Positions 16,395 to 25,144 are shown, counted from the first letter of the stretch. The stretch is DNA of 46,027 nucleotides from Terriglobales bacterium (GCA_035260505.1 DATFVD010000635.1:1-46027), one strand, 5' to 3'. Numbers and translations are program-made. The notes: generated by a model from the letters alone, not told the origin.

Positions 16395-17243
16395 CTAGCC
16401 CGCCTTCCCCAACTCCCCCGATATCCGCGGCAATACGGCCCGCGACAAAGCGATGAACTGTCCCATCACTCGCCGTCCCACTTCGAGCACTTCTTCGTGG
16501 ACGAGCGCCTGATCGAGAATCCCGGCGGCCATGTTCGTCACGCACGAGATGGCCAGGACGTTCATTCCCATATGCCGCGCCGCGATTGCTTCCGGAACAG
16601 TGGACATGCCCACCAGATCGGCGCCGATTGAGCGGAGATATCGAATCTCAGCCGGAGTTTCGTAACTCGGGCCGGCCAACGCCGCGTACACGCCCTCGCG
16701 CGGCGGAATCGAAAGCTTCTTCGCTTCTTCCAGCGCTATCTCGCGATAACGCTTGGCATAGGTATAAGTCATGTCGGGAAAGCGCGGGCCCAAGCGTTCG
16801 TCATTCGCACCAGTCAGCGGATTCTGTCCTTGAAGATTGATGTGATCTCTAAGGATAACCAGCGCGCCCTGTCCGTACTCCACATTAATTCCGCCAGCAG
16901 CATTGGTGAGAATCAAAGCGCGCGTGCCAATTCGCCCCAGCACGCGCGTGGGAAAGGCCACCTCGGCAGCCGAGTAGCCCTCATAAAGATGCACCCGTCC
17001 CTGCATCACGGCAATGGAAACGCCGCCGCACTTGCCGACCACGAGTTGTCCGGCATGCCCAACCGCCGTCGAACGCGGAAAGGTCGGGATGTCAGCGTAG
17101 GGAATGCGGACAGCTTCAGTAAGGTCGTCGGCAAAAGCTCCGAGGCCCGAGCCGAGGACGAGCCCGATCTGAGGCCGAAGGACGGTCTGCGACAACACAA
17201 AGGCTGCTGCGGATTCGGAGCGAGTAAACAAGTCTGGGGTCAT
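16395..17243 (-). CDS. Purine nucleoside phosphorylase, trimeric PNP/MTAP superfamily (PunA-like)
   Basis: Motifs GLVLGSGLGAF, HAGQLVVGK..GVSIAVMQGRVHLYEGY, ILTNAAGGIN, ADLVGMSTVPEAIAARHMG..ISCVTNMAAG. I prefer ATG at 17243 (MTPDLF..). The track TTG at 17258 is also possible. Confidence 0.9.
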   Translation of the reverse strand: MTPDLFTRSESAAAFVLSQTVLRPQIGLVLGSGLGAFADDLTEAVRIPYADIPTFPRSTAVGHAGQLVVGKCGGVSIAVMQGRVHLYEGYSAAEVAFPTRVLGRIGTRALILTNAAGGINVEYGQGALVILRDHINLQGQNPLTGANDERLGPRFPDMTYTYAKRYREIALEEAKKLSIPPREGVYAALAGPSYETPAEIRYLRSIGADLVGMSTVPEAIAARHMGMNVLAISCVTNMAAGILDQALVHEEVLEVGRRVMGQFIALSRAVLPRISGELGKAG

Positions 17244-17263
17244 TGGCAAGATCGTCAAAGAGT

Positions 17264-17289
17264 TGGGGCGGGTAACCTCACCCGCCCCA
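17264..17289 (-). terminator. GC-rich hairpin TGGGGCGGGT-N6-ACCCGCCCCA downstream of the DinB-family gene
   Basis: Perfect 10-bp stem located 30 nt after the stop at 17319 on the minus strand. It is followed on that strand by ACTCTTTG, a weak U-tract. Confidence 0.55.
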
Positions 17290-17318
17290 CACTCTCTGGT
17301 TCGCGATTTCTGGTTACT

Positions 17319-17837
17319 TCACGCGGCTGCCCGAAAGGGCTCGTCGTAACTGCCGCCATAGATCGAAGGCACCTTCGATCCCATCGGACGGAGATAAGTC
17401 GCTAACTCGCCCCGATGATGTATGCTGTGGTTGTTAAGGAATCCAAGATAGAACGCAGCCGGTAAGTTGAAGACGCCGAAAAACTCGATCGGTGTCAGCA
17501 ACTGTGCAGCCGACAAAGCGCGAACTCGATCCGCGCCGCGCTTCATATTCCTGTCGTACCAATCCACCACCTCGGCGATCGTCTTAGGCTTGTCTTCCGC
17601 CGCCGGGTTCGCCATGTTGAACTTCAGGTCCGCGATTCCGTCCAGAAACTGGACGTCGGTGTTTGCGAGGTGCCAGGCCAGTTCCCATGCCGTGCGCGCG
17701 CAGGGGTCTGGCCGGTAGTCCTTTTTGCCGTCGGGGACGGCAGCCAAAACTTTCTTGGTCGTTTCGACTTCTCGAGCAATGCCGTCGAGCATCAGGGCGC
17801 AATAACCCAGGGCAAATTCGGGTGTGGGAGCGGACAT
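17319..17837 (-). CDS. DinB-family (damage-inducible, four-helix-bundle metal-binding) protein
   Basis: ATG at 17837 is preceded by AAGGAGAA. The sequence pattern ..WELAWHLANTD...FLNNHSIHHRGELATYLR is typical of DinB/YfiT-like proteins. The track start at 17903 adds 22 aa without an SD. Confidence 0.8.
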   Translation of the reverse strand: MSAPTPEFALGYCALMLDGIAREVETTKKVLAAVPDGKKDYRPDPCARTAWELAWHLANTDVQFLDGIADLKFNMANPAAEDKPKTIAEVVDWYDRNMKRGADRVRALSAAQLLTPIEFFGVFNLPAAFYLGFLNNHSIHHRGELATYLRPMGSKVPSIYGGSYDEPFRAAA

Positions 17838-18004
17838 AGCAGTTCTCCTTAAAGGCTGGGGGTTAATGGAAACAATAAGATCGTCGGATCGGGCGGGCTT
17901 CACTATAGTTCAAGAAAACAAGAAGAGCAAACGCCCTCTAGCAGCCCGTAGTACAAACGCGATTTGTATTGGGGCAGGCCTTCAGGCGCCCACCGTAGCA
18001 AAAG

Positions 18005-18952
18005 TTAAACCCCCACCGGCTGCTTCGCTCCCACCGGAACCGGCGTCAGCCAGTCATACCGGTCCGCCTTCTCGCCGCGGACGATACCGTAAAACTCTGC
18101 TTGCAGAGATTTCGTGACGGGGCCTAGCTTGCCCTTGCCCACGGTAATTTTGTCGACCGAGCGAATGGGCGTGATTTCGGCGGCGGTGCCGGTGAAAAAA
18201 ACTTCGTCGGCAATGTACAGAGACTCACGCGGAATCTGCTGCTCGATGATCTTGATTCCGAGGTCGCGCGCGATGTGCAGTACCGAGTCACGCGTAATCC
18301 CCGGGAGCACGGAGTTCCCCAGCGGAGCCGTGTGCAGCACACCGTTGCGGACGACGAACAGATTCTCGCCCGAACCTTCGCTGACGTAGCCGTTCACATC
18401 GAGCGCGATGCCTTCCGCGTAACCGTTGACGATGGCTTCCATCTTGATGAGCTGCGAGTTCATGTAATTCGCGCCAGACTTGGCCATAGCAGGCAACGTG
18501 TTGGGCGCGATCCGCGTCCAGGAAGAGATGCAGACATCCACACCTTCAGTGGCATCCGTCCCCAGATATTTTCCCCAAGGGTAGTTGCAAATGTAGACCT
18601 CGGTGGGGGAATTGAAGGGGTTGACGCCGGCTTCGCCGTATCCGCGCAAAACGATGGGACGGATATAGCAGGGCCACACGCCGTTATGTTTCACCAGTTC
18701 GACCATGGCGCTTACGATCTCGTCGCGGGTGAAGGGAACGTCGATGCGGTAAATGCGGGCGGAGTCGATGAGGCGCTGCATGTGTTCGGTGGCACGGAAG
18801 ATCGCGGGCCCGGTAGGCAATGCGTAGCACCGAATACCTTCAAACACCGAAGAGCCGTAGTGCACAACGTGAGACATGACATGGAGGGTAGCGTCGTCCC
18901 ATGCGATGAACTTGCCATTGTGCCAGATCTTGTCCGTCTTCTGAATGGCCAT
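18005..18952 (-). CDS. ilvE: Branched-chain amino acid aminotransferase
   Basis: 315 aa. Contains IWHNGKFIAWDDATLHVMSHVVHYGSSVFEGIRCY, AKSGANYMNSQL, EGSGENLFVV, PLGNSVLPGITRDSV and EVFFTGTAAEITPI, the canonical fold-type IV IlvE motifs. Confidence 0.95.
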   Translation of the reverse strand: MAIQKTDKIWHNGKFIAWDDATLHVMSHVVHYGSSVFEGIRCYALPTGPAIFRATEHMQRLIDSARIYRIDVPFTRDEIVSAMVELVKHNGVWPCYIRPIVLRGYGEAGVNPFNSPTEVYICNYPWGKYLGTDATEGVDVCISSWTRIAPNTLPAMAKSGANYMNSQLIKMEAIVNGYAEGIALDVNGYVSEGSGENLFVVRNGVLHTAPLGNSVLPGITRDSVLHIARDLGIKIIEQQIPRESLYIADEVFFTGTAAEITPIRSVDKITVGKGKLGPVTKSLQAEFYGIVRGEKADRYDWLTPVPVGAKQPVGV

Positions 18953-19043
18953 GCAGACTCCTTCAGTGTAAAGATTCGCGGAAGCGAGCCGGGGATTCTC
19001 CGAATGATCAAATGATCGAAGAAAACTTCATCTTCCAGGATGG

Positions 19044-19073
19044 ATTATAGCGTGGAAAGGGGCTTGCTCCCAA
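19044..19073 (-). promoter_or_regulatory. Candidate sigma-70 promoter for ilvE (-35 TTGGGA, 18-nt spacer, -10 TATAAT)
   Basis: On the minus strand, TTGGGA (19073-19068) and a consensus TATAAT (19049-19044) lie about 90 nt upstream of the ilvE ATG. This is a pattern match only. Confidence 0.35.
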
Positions 19074-19121
19074 CGCCTGAAGGCAATGCCTTGACACTAA
19101 TCGCAGTTGCACCAAGCACCG

Positions 19122-19529
19122 TTAGCGAATCGCAATGATGTTGTTGGCGACGAATCCGCTCTCGCCGGCAACGATCAGGCGCATAGTAATGCGTTCCGCT
19201 TTGTAGTGGTGATTTCGATGCAACAGGTACACCACTCCAACTCCCGCGCCAAAACCTAAAGATGACCCGATGGCTTCTCCGGCTGCGCCGCGCGTCACGA
19301 AGGGACGCATGACTGGATTGACTTCCCGGAGACCTTGGTTCAGACCGCGTTGCGTGGTGAAGGCATCGGCGGCGACCAGCCCCGCTAAGATGCTGATGCT
19401 CACCTTATTCTCGATTGTCCAGAAAGGAAGTTGGCTGGGTGCATCGGGAAGCGCGGAACTGCTGCTTGTTGTAAAACTCTGCGCCGCCATGGCAATGCTC
19501 AGCAAAAAAATCGAGAGGAGGATTTTCAT
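19122..19529 (-). CDS. Small hypothetical exported/membrane protein
   Basis: 135 aa. Signal peptide MKILLSIFLLSIAMAAQS, then two to three hydrophobic segments (ISILAGLVAADAF, GSSLGFGAGVGVVYLL). I recognise no family. Confidence 0.6.
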   Translation of the reverse strand: MKILLSIFLLSIAMAAQSFTTSSSSALPDAPSQLPFWTIENKVSISILAGLVAADAFTTQRGLNQGLREVNPVMRPFVTRGAAGEAIGSSLGFGAGVGVVYLLHRNHHYKAERITMRLIVAGESGFVANNIIAIR

Positions 19530-20028
19530 CTGGCCCCGGACAATTGTTTGATTAGGTTAAGAATGAGAGTAAGTGAGGCGAGGACTGTAGCACATGGCCC
19601 ATCCTGTGGGGGGAGTGGCCTTTTAGTAAGAGTGCCCTTGTAATTTGAAAGGTTACTTGCGGTGACTGTCGGCCCGCGGAATCAGCCAGCGACCCGGCTG
19701 GAGGGCCAAGCGCTTGCAGTGGGGCAGGACAGCATTCTTCCGCGAGACTGAAATTTCCCACCTGGAGAGTGGTACATAAAACGCGGTATGTAGAACTACA
19801 TGGAACAAGGTATATGGGAGGACGTACATAGAATTTACATTCCAAACAGTGGCGCGTAGCCTTCTCACAACTTTGCAGATTGGGATGTGTTTCTATGTTT
19901 GCGCCGTCTGAGGAGTGAATAGTTAAATGAAAAGTTAAGCTCCGAACCGTCTCGCCTCTCGATCCACGCAACCCGCGGCAGTACAGCAATACCGGGAAAA
20001 CGAGGGATTGTAGGCAAGAGGAATCACA

Positions 20029-21270
20029 ATGCAGATCCGTTTCATTCGTACGCTGTTATTCGCGCTCGTCTTGCTGTGCATGTCGGCAGCATCGTTCGCA
20101 CAAATCGGAGTGGTGGTTACGTTCGCCCCTCCCCCGCTGCCGATCTACGAGCAGCCGTTGTGTCCGGGCGAAGGCTACATTTGGACACCCGGCTACTGGG
20201 CTTACGGCGATGACTTTGACGACTACTACTGGGTGCCGGGCACGTGGGTGCTGGCGCCGGAAGTCGGGTTCCTGTGGACTCCAGGCTATTGGGGCTGGGG
20301 CGGCGAAAGTTTTGTTTTTTACGAGGGTTACTGGGGCCCGCAGGTAGGTTTCTACGGCGGGATCAGTTACGGTTTCGGCTATTTCGGTGAGGGTTATGAA
20401 GGCGGACGTTGGGAGAACGGACGCTTCTTCTATAACCGTTCGGTGAACAATGTGAACGTTACTGAGATCCACAACGTTTACAACACAACGATAATCAACA
20501 ACAACGTGAACCACGTCAGCTACAACGGCGGCAATGGCGGGATCAACGCGCGTCCGACTCCTCAACAACAAGCTGTAGCGCGTGAGCGACACCTTCCCCC
20601 GGTCCCGGTTCAAGCTCAACATGCGCAGGCGGCGCGAAGCAATCCGCAGCAACGGGCTTCCGCGAATATGGGAAAGCCGCCGGTCGCAGCGACACCTAAG
20701 CCGGGAGTATTTAACCACCCGGCAGTTGTGCCGGCGAAAGCGCCAGGGGCGCCTTATTCTCCCCCGGCTAATCGCGGCGCAAATCGTGCGGGAAATCAAC
20801 CGCGGAACAATGCGCCGGCTCCGCGTCCAGAAAACTCAAATCAGCGTCCGGCGAATAATGATCGGCCGAACAGCAACCGGCCGAACGATGGTCCGGGAAA
20901 TAACAACGTTGGTCGACCCGTCCATCCGCGCGACCTTCCGCCGGCGGATCGGCCCAGCGCTCCGAATACGGGCAACCCAAAAGTGGATCGGAAATATCAG
21001 CAGCAGCAGGAAAAAGTATTCGCGAAGCAGGAACAGGATCGGCAGAAACTCCAGCAACGGCAGGATCAGGAGCATCAGCGCCTGACCCAACAGCATGCGA
21101 ATGAAGCCAGGCAACAGCAGGTGGAGCAGCGGCACCAGCAACAAACACAGCAATTACAGCAAAGGCATGAACAGCAGCAACAGCACTTGCAGCAGAGACA
21201 GCAGCCTCCAGCCGACCGGAATCGGTCCGCGCCATCGAAGTCGGACCGTCCTCCGGCGGAGAAGCTTTGA
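20029..21270 (+). CDS. YXWGXW-repeat secreted protein with Pro/Asn/Arg-rich and Gln-rich C-terminal tail
   Basis: AGAGGAA SD and signal peptide (LLFALVLLCMSAASFAQ). Repeats YIWTPGYWAY, YYWVPGTWV, FLWTPGYWGW and FYEGYWGP are present. The tail contains QQQQEKVFAKQEQDRQKLQQRQDQEHQRLTQQH..QQRHEQQQQHLQQRQQ. Confidence 0.85.
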   Translation: MQIRFIRTLLFALVLLCMSAASFAQIGVVVTFAPPPLPIYEQPLCPGEGYIWTPGYWAYGDDFDDYYWVPGTWVLAPEVGFLWTPGYWGWGGESFVFYEGYWGPQVGFYGGISYGFGYFGEGYEGGRWENGRFFYNRSVNNVNVTEIHNVYNTTIINNNVNHVSYNGGNGGINARPTPQQQAVARERHLPPVPVQAQHAQAARSNPQQRASANMGKPPVAATPKPGVFNHPAVVPAKAPGAPYSPPANRGANRAGNQPRNNAPAPRPENSNQRPANNDRPNSNRPNDGPGNNNVGRPVHPRDLPPADRPSAPNTGNPKVDRKYQQQQEKVFAKQEQDRQKLQQRQDQEHQRLTQQHANEARQQQVEQRHQQQTQQLQQRHEQQQQHLQQRQQPPADRNRSAPSKSDRPPAEKL

Positions 21271-21357
21271 GCAGGAACTGTTGCACGAGAGCCGTTGAAC
21301 GAACCCGGGGGACATCAGCCAACCGCTGGTGCCTCGCCCGGGCTTGGGTTATTTCTT

Positions 21358-22191
21358 ATGGGCGCTAGCCTCGAAAAATTTTGGGAAGCCGCGTACCAGA
21401 TGATCGACAGTTTCTTCGGGCGGCTTCCTTCGCTGATTGTCGGCGTAATCGTCTTTTTCATCTTCTATGTGTTCAGCATTCTGGTGAGCCGCGTGATACT
21501 CCGCACGACTCGCAGGCACCGCCCAAATCTGGGGGTAGTTTTCGCGCGTCTCATCTCAGCAGCAACGATTCTGCTCGGCTTTCTGGTGGCTTTCTCGGTC
21601 ATTGCCCCATCCTTTCAGGCTGGCGATCTGATCAAGATTCTCGGCATCGGCGGCGTGGCCATTGGATTTGCTTTTCAGAATATATTGCAGAATTTCCTCG
21701 CCGGCTTGTTGCTCCTCTGGGCTGAACCGTTTCGTATCGGGGATGAGATCAAGTTAGAGCCTTATGAGGGCACAGTGGAAGACATTCAGACCCGTGCGAC
21801 CATCATCAAGACCTACGATGGAAGACGGGTCGTAATCCCCAACGCCGATTTGTTCACGCACTCGGTCATAGTCAACACGGCGCTCGACATTCGCCGCTGG
21901 GAATACGACTTGGCGGTGAAAGGCATCGGGGAACTAGCTGAACTGAAATCTCTTATCATCAATGCGGTGAGCACGGTGCAGGGGGTTTTGTCAGATCCTC
22001 CTCCCGAAGTTCTCGTGATGGACCTGGGCGATCCAGACTTGAATGCGGTCAAGGTGCGGGTCTTGTGGTGGACGAGAGCTCCTCGCCAGCATGAAATGCT
22101 TGCCTCGTACGACCGCGTGTTGACTACCATCAGACAGACGCTGAACTATTCTGCCGTCGGCTCAGAAGTCCCGCAAAATCGCGCTGCTTAG
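21358..22191 (+). CDS. Small-conductance mechanosensitive channel (MscS family)
   Basis: TM helices followed by the MscS signature region GGVAIGFAFQNILQNFLAGLLLLWAEPFRIGDEIKLEPYEGTVEDIQTRATIIKTYDGRRVVIPNADLF. ATG at 21358 is preferred. The track TTG at 21295 is possible. Confidence 0.9.
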   Translation: MGASLEKFWEAAYQMIDSFFGRLPSLIVGVIVFFIFYVFSILVSRVILRTTRRHRPNLGVVFARLISAATILLGFLVAFSVIAPSFQAGDLIKILGIGGVAIGFAFQNILQNFLAGLLLLWAEPFRIGDEIKLEPYEGTVEDIQTRATIIKTYDGRRVVIPNADLFTHSVIVNTALDIRRWEYDLAVKGIGELAELKSLIINAVSTVQGVLSDPPPEVLVMDLGDPDLNAVKVRVLWWTRAPRQHEMLASYDRVLTTIRQTLNYSAVGSEVPQNRAA

Positions 22192-22231
22192 TCGTGGAAG
22201 CGGCAGCACTTTGGCCACGTTCGGGATCACA

Positions 22232-23089
22232 TCAATTGCGGGTTCTGCCGTGAGAAGGATCACTTGAAGTTGCAACATCGAGGTCCACATGCAGCCTTTG
22301 GCTGGGATCAACGCCGGGCGGGTAGCAATTTCCATCCTTATCGTAGTTAGCGGAGCACCCTCGGGCGAAATCAGTTCGCCTCGGTGACTGAGAAAATTGC
22401 CAGATGTCCGCAAAGGAAATACCGCTCGACCTTGGCAAGAGATCCTTCCTCGAAGATGTGCACCCAGGGGAGGGAGGACAGGAGTCGTTGACCGCCCAAT
22501 ATTTTATTTTTCTGCCATCTGCATTTTTCCGGATATCCTGCGCGGTCACGATGGAAGTTCCCGAACCTTCCCTGGAAGCAATGCCCGAGCAGTACACACC
22601 GGCGGCAAAGTGTGCCGACTTCACTCCATCGACCCACGCATGAAGATAAGCTCGCTGTTCCGGAAGGAGACGACCGCCTTGTTCCTGATCGAGGAAGATG
22701 ACTGTCTGTAATGGAAATCCTTCCGTCCGCGCCGCTGAGGCCGCCGCCGCAGCATCGGAACGTCCTAACCTGGCCGCATTCCCGGCTGCTTTGATCGCCG
22801 CGTAGGTGCGGCCGTTAAAGACAACCAGGAAACCGAACCCTGCCGCCTGAAGGGTCTTTCGTTTTCCAATCCAGGAATTGGTGTTCGCTCCCGGCGGATT
22901 ATTTAACCAATAACCGGAATAAGAGAAGGTGCGGCGGAGAACCTTCAAATTCGCATCGCCCGGATATTCGTTGCGATCAAACCCAAGGTATCCGGCATGC
23001 GTCGCGGGATGCGCGCTGGAAGCCGCCGTTAGTGGAACGCTGAACGCCAGACATGCCACAGTCGCCGCGATTAGCAGCAAAATTCTCAC
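22232..23089 (-). CDS. Secreted DUF1906 / glycoside-hydrolase-like (Rv2525c-type TIM-barrel) protein
   Basis: GTG start with AGGA SD and a signal peptide (LLLIAATVACLAFSVPLTAASSA). The GYLGFDRNEYPG.. and VIFLDQEQGG..YLHAWVDG..AGVYCSG patterns resemble DUF1906. This family call rests on my own recognition only. Confidence 0.55.
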   Translation of the reverse strand: MRILLLIAATVACLAFSVPLTAASSAHPATHAGYLGFDRNEYPGDANLKVLRRTFSYSGYWLNNPPGANTNSWIGKRKTLQAAGFGFLVVFNGRTYAAIKAAGNAARLGRSDAAAAASAARTEGFPLQTVIFLDQEQGGRLLPEQRAYLHAWVDGVKSAHFAAGVYCSGIASREGSGTSIVTAQDIRKNADGRKIKYWAVNDSCPPSPGCTSSRKDLLPRSSGISFADIWQFSQSPRRTDFARGCSANYDKDGNCYPPGVDPSQRLHVDLDVATSSDPSHGRTRN

Positions 23090-23117
23090 CGGCTCGTCCT
23101 ATCCCAGCGTCTTGTAC

Positions 23118-25016
23118 TCAGGCCCTCATCTCCGCTGGGCGATCTGATTTCGCGACCACCGCCGGCAGGCGCAGGCGAAACGTTGTGCCGGCTCCGACGA
23201 TGGAATCGAACTCCACCGAACCGTAGTGCCACTGCATGATCTGATAGGTTTGCGCCAGGCCGATTCCGCTTCCACCTTTGTCGCCCTTGGTGGTGAAGTA
23301 GAGTTCGAAAATCTTCTCCTGGGCTGCGGGTGGAATGCCGCAGCCCTGGTCGTGCACTTCGGCGAGAATCATTTCATCATCGCGGCGCGCCTTCAGAGTG
23401 AGCGTGCCGCCTGCGGCCATGGACTGCACGCCGTTGAGCACCAGGTTCAAAATCGCCTGCTTCATCAGATCGGAATCCACTCGCACCATCAGCGCGTCAT
23501 CCTCGTTGGGCCCCTCTTTGGTAGGCGATTCATGGGAGGGCACTTCCAGCATCACGCGCACCCCGTGACGCGCCGCATCGGGCGCTGCCAGCATCGATAC
23601 ACTCTCCAGAATGTTGCGGAAGTCCACGTCCTCCAGGCGCAAATCGCGGGGGCGAGTGAAGTCCACCAGGATTTGCACGACGCGATCAAGGCGGTGGATT
23701 TCGCTACCGATGATGTCCATGTGGCGGCGCGTCTCCGGATCGTCCTGCCGCAGTTTGTTTTGCAACAACTGCAGGTGCAGCACGATGGCGTTGATGGGAT
23801 TCTTGACCTCGTGCGCCACTCCCCGCGTCATCCGCCCGCTGGCGGAAAGGCGCCGCGAAATTTCAATTTCGTCCTCGATGCGCCGCACCGATTCGGCATC
23901 GCGCATAGTCAGCAGGGCGCCAATCCGCGTTCCTTTTTCCTGAATGAAATCGAGCGACACCTGAACCCGCCTGCCATCGGCCGCGTCGAATTCGTACTGC
24001 ACCAGTTGCCGCTGCTTCTGGAATGCGGTCAGAACCACCGCGCCTAGAACGGTTCCATCGGAAAAAATTTCTTCCACAGTACGTCCCAGAATTTCGCGCC
24101 GCGGTCGTCCCAGAAATTTTTCCGCCGAGGCGCTTACCAGCACCACCTGCGAATCGCGAGTGAACAGCATGAGCCCGTCCTGCAGCTTGGTCATGACCTG
24201 CTCGACATTGTCTTTCAGAGCGGAAAAAATCTGGTTGGTATCGCGAATCTGGCGGCCCAGATGCGCGATCTTCAGCGATACCAGGCCAACCTCGTCTTCC
24301 GAGCCGGACTCTTCGGCCGGCAGCAGATCTCCCGCGCTCGCACTGTCGAGGTTGCGGCTGATGGCCTTCAAAGGGCCGAGCGCAACGTTGGAAACTACCG
24401 CCGCCAGAACCAGCGAACAAAAAATCGCGACCACCGAAAAGAAAGCTGCCTGCTGCAGTTTAGGAGTCAGTTCATTGCGCAGAAAAACCGTCGAGACGCC
24501 GACGCGAACGCCTCCAAACTCCTGCCCGTCGAGTTCCAGCCCGATGCTCACGTCATAAACGGTGGCCGGGCCGTAGAGCATGCGCAACTGGCGGCGGAAG
24601 CCCGCGTCGCGCAGCGCGCTCAAACGGGGGCGCTGGGGAACCGGCTTGCCATTCAGCGCCGGATTCGTATCGAGAATTGCCACTCCATTCGGATCAATGA
24701 TGGCGGCGTCGTAGATGATGCGAGAATTTCCCACAACCGATGCCAGCATGTCGTTCAGGTTGGTGTCGGCATGCAGATAATTCGTAATGGCGGCGCGCAG
24801 CGCTTTGGGGTTATTGGTGTCAACCCGCGTGCTGGTCAGATCGGGCACCGCTTTGGATGCGGCGTACTCCAGTTGATTGGTGAGCTGGGAAGCGGTTTCA
24901 TCGGCCCACAGCAAACGCTGGCGCAGCAGTTGCGACAGATAAATCCAGGAGAAGCCGACCACCAGCGCCGTGAACAGCGTGGTGATCACGAACACGATGA
25001 TGAATTTGCGAGTCAT
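23118..25016 (-). CDS. Sensor histidine kinase (two TM segments, periplasmic sensor, PAS-like, HisKA, HATPase_c)
   Basis: 632 aa. TM1 is IIVFVITTLFTALVVGFSWIYL and TM2 is AAFFSVVAIFCSLVLAAVVSNVAL. H-box RGVAHEVKNPINAI, N-box LNLVLNGVQSM, G-boxes HDQGCGIP and GGSGIGLA. Confidence 0.9.
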   Translation of the reverse strand: MTRKFIIVFVITTLFTALVVGFSWIYLSQLLRQRLLWADETASQLTNQLEYAASKAVPDLTSTRVDTNNPKALRAAITNYLHADTNLNDMLASVVGNSRIIYDAAIIDPNGVAILDTNPALNGKPVPQRPRLSALRDAGFRRQLRMLYGPATVYDVSIGLELDGQEFGGVRVGVSTVFLRNELTPKLQQAAFFSVVAIFCSLVLAAVVSNVALGPLKAISRNLDSASAGDLLPAEESGSEDEVGLVSLKIAHLGRQIRDTNQIFSALKDNVEQVMTKLQDGLMLFTRDSQVVLVSASAEKFLGRPRREILGRTVEEIFSDGTVLGAVVLTAFQKQRQLVQYEFDAADGRRVQVSLDFIQEKGTRIGALLTMRDAESVRRIEDEIEISRRLSASGRMTRGVAHEVKNPINAIVLHLQLLQNKLRQDDPETRRHMDIIGSEIHRLDRVVQILVDFTRPRDLRLEDVDFRNILESVSMLAAPDAARHGVRVMLEVPSHESPTKEGPNEDDALMVRVDSDLMKQAILNLVLNGVQSMAAGGTLTLKARRDDEMILAEVHDQGCGIPPAAQEKIFELYFTTKGDKGGSGIGLAQTYQIMQWHYGSVEFDSIVGAGTTFRLRLPAVVAKSDRPAEMRA

Positions 25017-25023
25017 CTTAGAA

Positions 25024-25138
25024 CAGGTGCCAGGTCGCAGGTGTCAGATCGCAGGCTTAGGTCCGAGGTCTCAGCGAACGCCATTGGACATTTCTGGGGC
25101 CTGGCACCTGACACCTGACACCTGACACCTGACACCTG
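25024..25138. repeat. Inverted arrays of a tandem heptanucleotide repeat (left arm CAGGTGC/CAGGTCG/CAGGTGT..., right arm CTGGCAC + (CTGACAC)x4)
   Basis: Read directly. The left arm (25024-25074) has about 7 degenerate heptads and the right arm (25101-25138) has 5 heptads. The arms are reverse complements, with 21 of the outer 24 positions pairing. The element fills the gap between the regulator stop (25145) and the kinase start (25016). Confidence 0.9.
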
Positions 25139-25144
25139 CCCTTC

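Noticed and set aside
18275-19015. 246-aa + strand ORF
   Set aside because: It is antisense to ilvE, whose identity is unambiguous.
19552-19989. 145-aa minus-strand ORF in the gap upstream of the YXWGXW gene
   Set aside because: The sequence is Cys/His/Leu-rich and patchy, with no SD and lower GC without third-position GC bias.
25024-25138. Possible CRISPR array or minisatellite coding repeat
   Set aside because: The units are 7 nt with no spacers, the arms are inverted rather than direct, and no cas genes are present. This is not CRISPR. It lies outside the corrected CDS boundaries, so it is not a coding repeat.
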